A stretch of DNA of 64,000 bases, taken from positions 1 through 64,000 of IMG/VR virus record IMGVR_UViG_3300008259_000017; one strand, written 5' to 3'. The notes below the pieces were generated by a model that was not told the origin of the DNA, made no database searches, and saw only the letters and a list, made by a program, of their open reading frames with translations. Shown here one piece after another: positions 1 through 9,071 of the stretch. Source of the stretch: a virus. The translations under genes were made by a program, and so were the position numbers. Every line of letters begins with the position of its first letter. The stretch's first letter is position 1.

Positions 1-114
1 GATGAGTTGGTTCAAATGAAGGAAGCTGCAATAAAAGAAGGCAATAAAAAGTTAGCTTACAAAATAGAAAGAACCATTGACGAGTTGCTTTCAGTGGAGG
101 TAGTATGCGAATAA
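1..114 (+). CDS. 3' end of a hypothetical protein (truncated by window start)
   Basis: Frame 1 open from base 1 (DELVQMKEAAIKEGNKKLAYKIERTIDELLSVEVVCE) to TAA at 112-114; overlaps the next start and contains its GGAGG RBS. Confidence 0.75.
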   Translation, partial: DELVQMKEAAIKEGNKKLAYKIERTIDELLSVEVVCE

Positions 115-2903
115 ATTCAGCAACCAGATCTGATGTATTTAATGAATATGCCAAAATAATTTCAAATTATAATAAAAAACATGGAATCAATAAAGCAGCA
201 ACACCAGTGCCAAAATTGATTATGCCTGGTGAAGCAGCAGGGACTGTGGCAGAAGGCGTAGACGAAGCCATTAAAGTAATTAAACAATTAGAGCCAGCGC
301 TCCAACCAAATGAGGCTTTTAAAATAATTGAAAACAATAAATCATTTTTTGATTTTACGGCAATAACTGGCAAGAGTGATGCTAGTATTGAAGATTTCAG
401 AAGTGCCAAACAGATTTTGGAAAAAGACCTTTATAAGGCTCCTAATGGAAAATTTACAATAAGAGCCAAACATAACAACGTGCCAAATGAACTAGTAACT
501 GATCTAGACATAATTACTTCTGGAAGAGATGCTATGCTCAAAGAAAAAAAAATTAACCCAGAAAAAGTAAGAAAATTTTATAAACAACTTACGGAAAAAG
601 GTATGCCTTCAGAGGAATTCCTTACCGAAGAAGCAAAAAATGTACTTAAAAAGATTGAGCCAGAAGAGGCTGCCAAAGTTACAGATAGGGAAGTTGCTTC
701 GGGTTCAAATCCTCCTGCTGAAAATCCTACAGCAACAGTTCAGGGTGAAGCACCTGCAAAAATAGTGGAGCCAGCCGTACCTACAGCACAACCACCTAAC
801 CAAAAACTAAATAGTCTTTTGGATGGAAATCTTGAATTAACACAGTTTAAGGCTGGTGGAGATATTCATAAATTACTAGATGATGACCAAAAAACTGCAG
901 TAAATGAAGTGCTAGAAGCTGCAGGAAAAGCGGACGTAAATACTTATAAAAAAAGTGTAATAAACATTAAAGATCCAAAACTAAGATCAAAACTTGATGA
1001 ACTAATTAAAAAAGAAAATCCAAATTTTGGTGCTAAACTAAAAGATAGTACAGTTAGAGCAGTGGAAGCAGCAAAGGAGCAAGCTGAAAATGCAGCAGTT
1101 AAGCTAGAGCAAGAAGAACCAGCATTGAAGGGAGCACCCACTGTAGGAGTGCCTGCTGGAGAAACATTAGCAACGCCAGGTCAAGCAGAAAGAGTAGTTA
1201 GAAAGCTTGATAATTTTAAATTTACTAGTCAATCTTTAAGTGCAGTCGCAACAAATATTAATAATCAAGCTTTGGCATCACTTAAAGCTCAGGTTAATAA
1301 TATTTCGACAAAACTTGAAGCTCTTTCAGCAAAGCCACCTCAGGAAATAACTGGAGAAATTAATAATGCCTTAGCTCCAATAATAGCAGATCTAAAAAAT
1401 CTTAAAGCTTCATTAGATACAACACAAGCAAGTCCACAGGCAGTTGTGGAAAGTGCAGCAAAAGCACAAGGTATTTTTTCAAAAGTAAAAGATATGCTCA
1501 GTGAAAGATTTGTAAATTATTTTAGAGCAAACCCAGAAAAATCAAAAGAAATAAAAGCATTAACAGAAAAGTTAGCTGAAGCTGAAAAAAGAGCGAAATT
1601 GATATCAGAAAGCGCCTCAAAGGCAGGCGAGGCTGCAAAGGCTGCAAAGGCCGCAGAAGTGGCAACAAACCCAGCCCAAAGAGAAGCATCAGAAGTCCTA
1701 TCCAAAGGCCTTTTATCTTCAGCTTTAATAACCATAGTAAAAGTCGGGCTACCTATTGCAGCCCTTGCCGGAATTTATTATATGATGACTGGTGAGGAAA
1801 TGCCAGAGGAGATTTCAGAGGGAATTGTTGTTCCACCAGAGGTTGGAGATCTTAATCCATCTGTAAATCCTATAAATCCAAATAATGTATCAGAAATAGG
1901 CAGTGCACTATCAACCCCAGATGGAAGAGCCTCAATTCAAAATCAATTAAATGATTTGCTAACTTCAAATCCAAATGCTTACAATAAATTATTAAGCTCT
2001 GTGGCAAAATTAAAAAATGCTACAGATGGATATAAATTAGAGAGACCAATAAGAATTGGTGGAGAAAGAATTGAATACGTTTATCCAAGGCAGGCAGCAG
2101 GATCTAGAAATCCTCTTGATCCAGGTAGGGCAAAGGCTACAGAAGAGTATATGTATAAGCTATTGGAAAATAACGGAAGAAAAGCCTTAAATATAAAGGG
2201 AAGAATTTTAACTGATGCAAATTCTAAAGATCCATTAGATATTGCAAGTTATATGTTTTCAACAATTGCAAATAAAGGATTGTTTAAGGGCTTAGCAACA
2301 GGCAGAGCAGGAAGATACGGAAGAGGTGCAGGCATTGGAGAAAACGAAAATAAAGGTTTCTCAGGATCACAAGAGGAAAGAATGACCAGGAAAGAAAGAA
2401 GAGCATTAAGAGGTATAAGTAGAGATCAGTTTGATCAAACAGAATCTGAGACTCCAATGGATTCTTTTGCATCTGGTTATAATGAATTATTTGAAAAATA
2501 TTCAAATGATTTAGATAATTCTATTAATAATTCTGAAATAATGAAGAAAGCTGATAAAACTTCTAAAAGATATTTTAAAGATGCCGTAAAGGATCTTTCA
2601 TCTGATAGTTTTATGAGCGATTATTATGCAGGGTTTTCAAAACTGTATGATAGCAAGGTTAAAAAGAGAAAATCAGACTACAACAAACTATATGATGTCC
2701 AAGAAGAAACTGGCTCAGATAGAATTCATAAAGCACATCCTGAAGCTATAGTAGTTGCGGATGCAATAGGAAATGGTGGTTTGGTTGAAAATGCATCAGA
2801 ATCAAGCAAGGCAATGCAAGAAGTAGCATCAAGAATGCCTACAGGAAATTACAGAGCCAGATATGCTTTTATTCAAAATGCTTTAAAGAAAGCAAGTTCA
2901 TAA
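105..2903 (+). CDS. 932-aa head-associated protein (internal head/scaffold-like), with coiled-coil segments and one predicted TM helix
   Basis: Long ORF with GGAGG RBS, directly upstream of the capsid genes; Ala/Glu/Lys-rich helical sequence; hydrophobic LLSSALITIVKVGLPIAALAGIYYMM at ~1710-1790. Function inferred from position only. Confidence 0.5.
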   Translation: MRINSATRSDVFNEYAKIISNYNKKHGINKAATPVPKLIMPGEAAGTVAEGVDEAIKVIKQLEPALQPNEAFKIIENNKSFFDFTAITGKSDASIEDFRSAKQILEKDLYKAPNGKFTIRAKHNNVPNELVTDLDIITSGRDAMLKEKKINPEKVRKFYKQLTEKGMPSEEFLTEEAKNVLKKIEPEEAAKVTDREVASGSNPPAENPTATVQGEAPAKIVEPAVPTAQPPNQKLNSLLDGNLELTQFKAGGDIHKLLDDDQKTAVNEVLEAAGKADVNTYKKSVINIKDPKLRSKLDELIKKENPNFGAKLKDSTVRAVEAAKEQAENAAVKLEQEEPALKGAPTVGVPAGETLATPGQAERVVRKLDNFKFTSQSLSAVATNINNQALASLKAQVNNISTKLEALSAKPPQEITGEINNALAPIIADLKNLKASLDTTQASPQAVVESAAKAQGIFSKVKDMLSERFVNYFRANPEKSKEIKALTEKLAEAEKRAKLISESASKAGEAAKAAKAAEVATNPAQREASEVLSKGLLSSALITIVKVGLPIAALAGIYYMMTGEEMPEEISEGIVVPPEVGDLNPSVNPINPNNVSEIGSALSTPDGRASIQNQLNDLLTSNPNAYNKLLSSVAKLKNATDGYKLERPIRIGGERIEYVYPRQAAGSRNPLDPGRAKATEEYMYKLLENNGRKALNIKGRILTDANSKDPLDIASYMFSTIANKGLFKGLATGRAGRYGRGAGIGENENKGFSGSQEERMTRKERRALRGISRDQFDQTESETPMDSFASGYNELFEKYSNDLDNSINNSEIMKKADKTSKRYFKDAVKDLSSDSFMSDYYAGFSKLYDSKVKKRKSDYNKLYDVQEETGSDRIHKAHPEAIVVADAIGNGGLVENASESSKAMQEVASRMPTGNYRARYAFIQNALKKASS

Positions 2904-2935
2904 TTTAAAAACAATTTAATTAAGGAGATTTAAAC

Positions 2936-3589
2936 ATGGCATTAAAACTATTACAGCCAGGTCTACAGCCAGCCGGACAGTTCGATCTAAAGGATCCAAC
3001 TCCAGGTTCATCATCACAGACAATTTACGGTGGTGAGTATGTTCAGCTAGCAGCCGCATCAGATTATGCAGCATATGACGTAACTCAGTCTATGTCACCA
3101 GCATTCTATATGGAGCCAAGCATTAGAAATTTGGCAGCATCAGTAAGGTTTGGCGGACTAGCAGATGACGGTGTTTCAGGATACGGTACTTCATTTGGTA
3201 CCTTAATTGGCGCAACCGTAGGCCAGGGAACTGGATTTGGAACTCTAAGCACCACAGGTGTTGTAGTAATTGGTCCACAGACAACTACTGGCTCAGGAAA
3301 AGTTACAGTATGGCACGCACCAGGTCTATATGGTGTATCTGGAAAGCCAGCAACAGATGCAGCAGTAGCGCCTCTAAGTGGTCTGGCAGCAAACTTTAAC
3401 GTAGAGTCAGAGGCAGCAACAGGTTATCTAGGCGGAACAGGAACTGGAGCAGGAGCAACCGTTGGTGTAACCGTTGGAGCAGTAAAAGATCAGTCAATGG
3501 TCTCAACTTCAACATTTGCAGCAACTGGTACAGCTTCAACTGAATTCTATGCAATCTACATGACTGCAATCAACGGCCTAAGCGTCTAA
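2936..3589 (+). CDS. Putative capsid decoration/cement protein
   Basis: AAGGAG RBS; Gly/Ala/Thr-rich 217 aa directly before the major capsid gene; shares its high-expression codon bias. Confidence 0.65.
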   Translation: MALKLLQPGLQPAGQFDLKDPTPGSSSQTIYGGEYVQLAAASDYAAYDVTQSMSPAFYMEPSIRNLAASVRFGGLADDGVSGYGTSFGTLIGATVGQGTGFGTLSTTGVVVIGPQTTTGSGKVTVWHAPGLYGVSGKPATDAAVAPLSGLAANFNVESEAATGYLGGTGTGAGATVGVTVGAVKDQSMVSTSTFAATGTASTEFYAIYMTAINGLSV

Positions 3590-3614
3590 TCAAATAAGGA
3601 CAAGGAGATTTAAA

Positions 3615-4649
3615 ATGTCAAATATATTCAATTCAAACGGCGAAGTAAACGCCTCCTCAGTTCAGGACGCATTATCAGCTATCGTAAAATACGCAAGTAT
3701 CATCGAAGATCTACAGCCATCTTCAAATGCACAGGCAATGTCAGCTTCTCTAACCGATGGTCAGAGAGATGACATGATCAAGCAGGCACTTCTAACCTCA
3801 GAAGGTAAGATTGCTCTAGGTCAGGCAATGGCTAACCCAATCCGTAGAAACTTGGACTACCAAGGTGTTGCTAGAAAGGCATTCGTAGTAGATCCTCTAC
3901 CACAGGGTTCACTAGCAATCTACGACAGAGATATCGACGTTTCAGCAGTCGTTATTTCTTCAAACGGTACAGCACCAGAGTCAAGAGTCTTTGGCGACAG
4001 AGTAACAGTTCCAGAGTTTGAAATTGTTTCAAATCCAACTGTAAGAATCTCTGAAGTTCAGAGAAGAAGATTCAACGTAATTGACCGTGCTCAGCAGAAG
4101 GCAAGAATGGAAATTCAGGCACAGGAAGACGGTAACGCCTTTACTGCCCTAGAGTTTGCTGGCGATTCAACAAAGGGTGGCGAGAACACTCTAGTTGCTC
4201 TAGATTCACCAGGTCCTTCAGGCTCACCAGCAGCACCAGGAAGTCTAACCAAGTCTGGTATGCTAGGCCTAAAGAAGCAGATTGATCGTTGGGACTTGGT
4301 AACCTCCAAGTACTTCCTAAACATCAATCAGTTTACTGATATTCTAGATTGGGAGTCAGCAGGTGCCGCAGGTGCTTCATCAGTAGATCCAGTAACTCAG
4401 AGAGAGCTACTACAGACCGGTCTATATGGTCACATCTTTGGTGCAGACATCATCGTAAGCAAGGTTGTTCCAGTAAACAAGGCATTTGCTTGCGCAGATC
4501 CTGAGTTTGTAGGCGTAATGCCAATCAGACAGGACATCGAAGTTCTACCAGCAGATGAGCCAAAGCAGCTAAAGCTAGGTTGGGTAATCAGCGAGATCAT
4601 CGGTATCGCAGTTGTAAACCCAAGAGGCGTTGCAGCAGGTGATATGTAA
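3615..4649 (+). CDS. Major capsid protein (HK97 fold)
   Basis: 344 aa; MANPIRRNLDYQGVARK, PEFEIVSNPTV, backbone helix RRFNVIDRAQQKARMEIQAQED, GHIFGADIIVS, C-terminal IGIAVVNPRGV; strong codon bias, AAGGAG RBS, terminator downstream. Confidence 0.9.
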   Translation: MSNIFNSNGEVNASSVQDALSAIVKYASIIEDLQPSSNAQAMSASLTDGQRDDMIKQALLTSEGKIALGQAMANPIRRNLDYQGVARKAFVVDPLPQGSLAIYDRDIDVSAVVISSNGTAPESRVFGDRVTVPEFEIVSNPTVRISEVQRRRFNVIDRAQQKARMEIQAQEDGNAFTALEFAGDSTKGGENTLVALDSPGPSGSPAAPGSLTKSGMLGLKKQIDRWDLVTSKYFLNINQFTDILDWESAGAAGASSVDPVTQRELLQTGLYGHIFGADIIVSKVVPVNKAFACADPEFVGVMPIRQDIEVLPADEPKQLKLGWVISEIIGIAVVNPRGVAAGDM

Positions 4650-4670
4650 AATCTTACTAACGTAAGTTAA

Positions 4671-4705
4671 AAAAGGGCGACAGTAAAATGTCGCCCTTTT
4701 TATTT
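4671..4705 (+). terminator. Rho-independent terminator after the capsid operon
   Basis: AAAAGGGCGACA-GTAAAA-TGTCGCCCTTTT followed by TATTT. Confidence 0.9.
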
Positions 4706-4712
4706 GCTAATA
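4705..4712 (+). promoter_or_regulatory. Putative late promoter motif TGCTAATA
   Basis: Matches the recurrent T(A/G)CTAAT(A/T) motif; sits just after a terminator and ~27 nt before the next ATG. Confidence 0.5.
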
Positions 4713-4738
4713 AATTTTCACCTTACATAGGTGATACA

Positions 4739-5248
4739 ATGAATTACAATAGATTAAGAGAAAGACAAACAGCAATCAAAGCAACTCCACTACCAAATAG
4801 GGCAGTATCTGGGATCTTAAATAGAAGGCAGCTTCCTAAAAATGATTTAAATATGGAAGATCCCGTCGATAGAGCTTATCCAAATTTTTTTGAATTTGAA
4901 GAAGACTTGTCAAAAATTAAATCTTCTGCAGAATTATTTGAAGAAATTGAAAAAAAGAATTTAGAAAAAGAAACTACAGAGTTAATTGCATTAGAGCCTT
5001 TAAATAATATTATTAACTATAATCATGTAACAAATAATACTAATAATATTTCAGAAGATGTAGACACGACAGATTCTTTGGAAGAATTTTACCAACCAGA
5101 ATCTGAGCCAACTATAATGGAAGAGTTGGAGGAAATACAGAGTTATGAAGCGCAATTTATTCAGTGTGAATTTATAAAACAAAATGGTGAAAGATGCAAG
5201 AGGCAGGCACCAAAAAATCATAAATTATGTTCTAAGCATAAAATTTAA
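4739..5248 (+). CDS. Acidic protein with C-terminal C3H zinc finger
   Basis: C-terminal CEFIKQNGERCKRQAPKNHKLCSKH; start moved from 4688 (inside the terminator) to ATG 4739, which has an AGGTGA RBS. Confidence 0.7.
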   Translation: MNYNRLRERQTAIKATPLPNRAVSGILNRRQLPKNDLNMEDPVDRAYPNFFEFEEDLSKIKSSAELFEEIEKKNLEKETTELIALEPLNNIINYNHVTNNTNNISEDVDTTDSLEEFYQPESEPTIMEELEEIQSYEAQFIQCEFIKQNGERCKRQAPKNHKLCSKHKI

Positions 5249-5351
5249 CATTAGTTTATTTTTTTGAAACAAAAAATAATAATTTACTTTTTTAAAGATC
5301 AAACGACATAATAAATGTATATACTAAATTTTTTCAATTAAGGCGAATATC

Positions 5352-5573
5352 ATGAATACATTTAAAACATCAGACTTATCACTATCAGCCTACCTTTCAA
5401 TGATGGGTCTTAAAATTATAAAGGCAGAGAAAGACTCAAATAATAAATTTTTATTTGAGTTTGACGATCCAGATGGATTGGCAAAAGATTATTCTATTAG
5501 TTTTTTAAAAAGTGATTTTATAAAATACGACAATAGCTTAAGAAATCTTAAACGAATGTTGTATATTAAATAA
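5352..5573 (+). CDS. Small DUF5659-like protein
   Basis: FKTSDLSLSAYL..G.KI.......FLFEF pattern recalled as DUF5659-like; AAGG RBS; TACTAAAT motif at 5322. Confidence 0.6.
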   Translation: MNTFKTSDLSLSAYLSMMGLKIIKAEKDSNNKFLFEFDDPDGLAKDYSISFLKSDFIKYDNSLRNLKRMLYIK

Positions 5574-5628
5574 ATTATAAGTTTAAAGTTATACGTTAAG
5601 GAATCAAACTAAATAGGAGTAATTATAA

Positions 5629-8322
5629 ATGGCAAGATCATTTACAACCAAAATCGCTGGCGATCAGATTATTCTAGAGAATAACTCTAATCTGAGCACA
5701 CAGGATGGTGGTCTATCAGTAAGCGCAACCGGTGGTCTAAAAGTAGACTTCGCAGTTGTAGCACACAAGTCAACAGTAAACCAGAACCTAGCAGACGAAA
5801 TCGTAGCAAGAACCTCAGCAGTTCTAGCCGAAGAGAATGCAAGAATCGCTGGTGATTCAGTACTAACCTCAAATCTAGCAGTAGAAATTTCAGCAAGAGC
5901 TTCAGCAGTTCTAGCAGAAGAGACCGCAAGAATTGCAGGTGATTCAGTATTAACCTCAAATCTAAACGTAGAAATCTCAGCAAGAGCATCAGCTGTTCTA
6001 GCAGAAGAGAACGCAAGAATTGCAGGCGATTCAGTACTAACTTCAAATCTAGCAGTAGAAGTATCAACAAGAGCATCAGCAGTTGCAGCCGAAGAAGCAG
6101 CAAGAATCGCTGGTGATTCAGTACTAACTTCAAACCTAGCAGTAGAAGTAGCCGCAAGATCAACCGCAGTTGCAGCAGAAGAGTCAGCAAGAATTGCTGG
6201 TGATTCAGTTCTAACTTCAAATCTAGCAGTAGAAGTTTCCGCAAGAGCTTCAGCTGTACTAGCAGAAGAGAATGCAAGAATTGCAGGTGACTCAGTTCTA
6301 ACCTCAAATCTAGCAGTCGAAGTAGCAGCAAGATCAACCGCAGTTGCAGCAGAAGAGTCAGCAAGAATTGCCGGTGACTCAGTATTAACTTCAAACCTAG
6401 CAGTTGAAGTTTCTGCAAGAGCATCAGCAGTACTAGCAGAAGAGACTGCAAGAATTGCAGCAGACTCAGTGCTAACTTCAGATCTAGCAGTAGAAGTCTC
6501 AGCAAGAGCATCAGCTGTTGCCGCAGAGTCAACAGCAAGATCAGCTGCAGATTCAGCACTAGCTTCAGATCTAGCAGTAGAAGTTGCTGCAAGATCAACA
6601 GCAGTAGCTGCAGAGCAGTCATCAAGAATCGCTGCAGATTCAGTATTAACTTCAGACCTAGCAGTCGAAGTTTCAGCAAGAATCTCAGACGTTGGTGCAC
6701 TAGATCTAAGAATCGACAGAGTTGAAGCAGGTCTAACCAAGGGCGTACAGTTCAAGGCTGCTATTAGCGGTGCTGACGAGTCAGCAGTTCTATCAGCAAT
6801 CAAGAGCGCAATCGAGGCAGATCCAACTCACGTTGAGACAATCACAGCTGGCGTTCTAACCATTCTAGATCCAGTAACCAACGCAGGCGTAAGCCCAGTA
6901 GGTTGGGCTTACTACGATGAGACTGGCGCAGACACCTACGTACTAGTAGAAGGTGCAGCAGATGCAGCACTAGGCAAGCTAGCACTACCAGGCATCACAA
7001 GCCACTCAGTAGTAAAGTTTGCTAACTACAAGGAACTAGCAGATTATGCAACAGCAGCAGTTTCAGTTGCTCAGTCAACTCTAACTTCTTCACTAAATGC
7101 AGAAATCTCAGCAAGAATCTCAGTAGTTGCAGTAGAAGAAGCAGCAAGAATTGCAGCAGACTCAGTTCTAACTTCAGACCTAGCAGTCGAAGTTTCAACA
7201 AGAGCTTCAGCAATTGCAGCAGAATCAACAGCAAGATCAGCAGCAGACTCAGCTCTAGCTTCAGATCTAGCAGTTGAAGTATCTACAAGAGCTTCAGCAA
7301 TCGCAGCAGAATCAACCGCAAGATCAGCAGCAGACTCAGCTCTGGCATCTGACCTAGCAGTAGAAGTAGCAGCAAGATCAACAGCAGTAGCAGCTGAGCA
7401 GTCAGCAAGAATTGCAGCAGATTCTGTTCTAACTTCAGATCTAGCAGCAGAAGTTCTAGCAAGATCTACAGCAATGGCAGCAGAGGAGTCAGCAAGAATT
7501 GCTGGTGATTCAGTTCTAACTTCAGGTCTAAACGCAGAAATCTCCGCAAGAATTTCTGTAATGGCAATCGAAGAAGCAGCTAGAATCGCAGCAGATTCAA
7601 CTCTAACTGCAAACCTAAATGCAGAGATTTCAGCAAGAACATCAGCAGTTGCAGCAGAACAGTCAGCAAGAATTGCAGCAGACTCAGTACTAACTTCAAG
7701 CCTAGCAGCTGAAGCTTCAATGAGATTCGCAGCAGATCTATTCGAAGAGACCGCAAGAATTGCAGCAGATTCAACTCTAACTGCAAACCTAGCAGCAGAA
7801 GCTTCAATGAGATTTGCAGCAGATCTATTCGAAGAGACAGCAAGAATTGCAGCAGACTCAACTCTAACTGCAAATCTAGCAGCAGAAGCTTCAATGAGAG
7901 CAGCAGCAGACACAGCACTTGGCTCAAACGGAACAATGAGAGTATTCTCAGGCTCCTTTACAGCAACTGATGCGCTAAAGCTACTAGCATTTGAAGTAGG
8001 TGCAGGCAAGACTCTACTAAACGGATTCAACCTAGAGCATGTAATTGATCCAATCGTAGTAAACAGCAAGGTTCCAGTAAGCTTTGAACTATATGTCAAC
8101 GGCCTACTACTAGCCCCAATGTACGATGGAGCAAACTTCAAGGTATTCGGAACAGCAGATGTAGATGCAGGCGATGCAACAAAGATCGACGGTACCAAGT
8201 TCCTAACAGGTGATTACGCATTCTACAGAAATGTAACTGGACCACAGTTCAGAATTGCATTCAAGTTTGCACTACTATCAACTGACGTAGTAACAATCAA
8301 GTACAACAAGCTTCACTACTAA
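5629..8322 (+). CDS. 897-aa Ala/Ser-rich coiled-coil fibre protein with 29-aa repeats
   Basis: Two repeat blocks (consensus NLAVEVSARASAVAAEESARIAADSVLTS) separated by a ~120-aa globular segment; beta-type C-terminal domain (FELYVNGLLL...GDY...DVVTIKY); AGGAG RBS, capsid-like codon bias, own terminator. Confidence 0.8.
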   Translation: MARSFTTKIAGDQIILENNSNLSTQDGGLSVSATGGLKVDFAVVAHKSTVNQNLADEIVARTSAVLAEENARIAGDSVLTSNLAVEISARASAVLAEETARIAGDSVLTSNLNVEISARASAVLAEENARIAGDSVLTSNLAVEVSTRASAVAAEEAARIAGDSVLTSNLAVEVAARSTAVAAEESARIAGDSVLTSNLAVEVSARASAVLAEENARIAGDSVLTSNLAVEVAARSTAVAAEESARIAGDSVLTSNLAVEVSARASAVLAEETARIAADSVLTSDLAVEVSARASAVAAESTARSAADSALASDLAVEVAARSTAVAAEQSSRIAADSVLTSDLAVEVSARISDVGALDLRIDRVEAGLTKGVQFKAAISGADESAVLSAIKSAIEADPTHVETITAGVLTILDPVTNAGVSPVGWAYYDETGADTYVLVEGAADAALGKLALPGITSHSVVKFANYKELADYATAAVSVAQSTLTSSLNAEISARISVVAVEEAARIAADSVLTSDLAVEVSTRASAIAAESTARSAADSALASDLAVEVSTRASAIAAESTARSAADSALASDLAVEVAARSTAVAAEQSARIAADSVLTSDLAAEVLARSTAMAAEESARIAGDSVLTSGLNAEISARISVMAIEEAARIAADSTLTANLNAEISARTSAVAAEQSARIAADSVLTSSLAAEASMRFAADLFEETARIAADSTLTANLAAEASMRFAADLFEETARIAADSTLTANLAAEASMRAAADTALGSNGTMRVFSGSFTATDALKLLAFEVGAGKTLLNGFNLEHVIDPIVVNSKVPVSFELYVNGLLLAPMYDGANFKVFGTADVDAGDATKIDGTKFLTGDYAFYRNVTGPQFRIAFKFALLSTDVVTIKYNKLHY
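5785..6684 (+). repeat. Coding tandem repeat, 87-bp unit, ~10 full copies plus a partial
   Basis: Recurrent gcaagaattgcaggtgattcagtactaacttcaaatctagcagtagaa every 87 bp, with synonymous variation. Confidence 0.95.
7090..7920 (+). repeat. Coding tandem repeat, 87-bp unit, ~9 full copies plus a partial
   Basis: Second block of the same 29-aa repeat; final copies switch to EASMRFAADLFEETAR. Confidence 0.95.
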
Positions 8323-8340
8323 TTAACTTAGTATAAGCTA

Positions 8341-8370
8341 AGGGTGGCAGGCAACTGCCACCCTTTTTTG
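8341..8370 (+). terminator. Rho-independent terminator after the fibre gene
   Basis: AGGGTGGCAG-GCAA-CTGCCACCCT (GNRA loop) followed by a T run. Confidence 0.92.
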
Positions 8371-8412
8371 TTTTTATTTTTAGCATAAAGTAAAATACTG
8401 TAGAGGTTGTAT

Positions 8413-8742
8413 ATGAGCAAAGATTCAAAAGTTAAAAGTTTAATTTCAAAGATAGAGACTTCAAAGATTGAGGCAGTAAAAGCACAGGCCTACTCTGAAG
8501 GATATTTTGATTGTATCAGTGATTTTATGGAAGGAAGGTTAGAGGAAATTACAAAGGTATTTGATGCAAAATATGATGGCTCAATTAGATTGCAAGTATA
8601 TAGTGAAATTCTTCCAACTCTAAAAGATATAGATGCATCAGAATCTGCTAAGCAAGAGCAGGCACCGCAAACACCACCTATTGATCCTAATCACCCATCA
8701 GTTAGGGCCAAGGAGTTTATGGCAAGACTAGAGGGCAGGTAA
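8413..8742 (+). CDS. Hypothetical protein
   Basis: AGAGG RBS favours ATG 8413 over TTG 8407; TAAAAT -10-like element at ~8391. Confidence 0.7.
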   Translation: MSKDSKVKSLISKIETSKIEAVKAQAYSEGYFDCISDFMEGRLEEITKVFDAKYDGSIRLQVYSEILPTLKDIDASESAKQEQAPQTPPIDPNHPSVRAKEFMARLEGR

Positions 8743-9044
8743 TGCCTGTTTTTACAAAATCAGTGAAAATACTTTCAGAGGAAAGGGCGGCTATTGATGG
8801 AGCCTCTCATTATTCTGATATTCTTAATCAATACGAAGGAATATATAATAGTGAAAAAGACACCGAAAGCTTTCAAGATTTATTAAGATTAAGAAAATGG
8901 ATTGCTTTATATGTAAAATGGGCAGAAAAATGGCACATGGAAAATATGAAGCCTGGTGATGATATGTTTGTAAATAAAGAGGATTTTATGGGATATCCTC
9001 CAAGACCCACTGCCCCTAGAAAAAATCCATTTGAACCATTATAA
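8742..9044 (+). CDS. Hypothetical protein
   Basis: TAATG stop/start coupling with the upstream gene; ends at a terminator. Confidence 0.7.
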   Translation: MPVFTKSVKILSEERAAIDGASHYSDILNQYEGIYNSEKDTESFQDLLRLRKWIALYVKWAEKWHMENMKPGDDMFVNKEDFMGYPPRPTAPRKNPFEPL

Positions 9045-9070
9045 AAAAGCGCCCAGTTGGGCGCTTTTTT
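9043..9070. terminator. Bidirectional terminator between convergent genes
   Basis: AAAAAAGCGCCCA-GT-TGGGCGCTTTTTT with A and T runs on either side. Confidence 0.92.
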
Positions 9071-9071
9071 A

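Noticed and set aside
4688-4738. ORF-track start at 4688
   Set aside because: Lies inside the terminator hairpin; ATG 4739 has the RBS
5256-5280. AT-only inverted repeat after the zinc-finger gene
   Set aside because: Almost no GC pairs; too weak to call a terminator in this AT-rich background
5785-7920. Regularly spaced repeats as a CRISPR array
   Set aside because: Units are contiguous, in frame and vary at synonymous sites; there are no unique spacers
5664-8198. Long minus-strand ORFs (379, 337, 375, 118, 70 aa) over the fibre gene
   Set aside because: Antisense shadows of an 87-bp coding repeat with biased codons; poly-Leu or mirror-repeat translations and no expression signals
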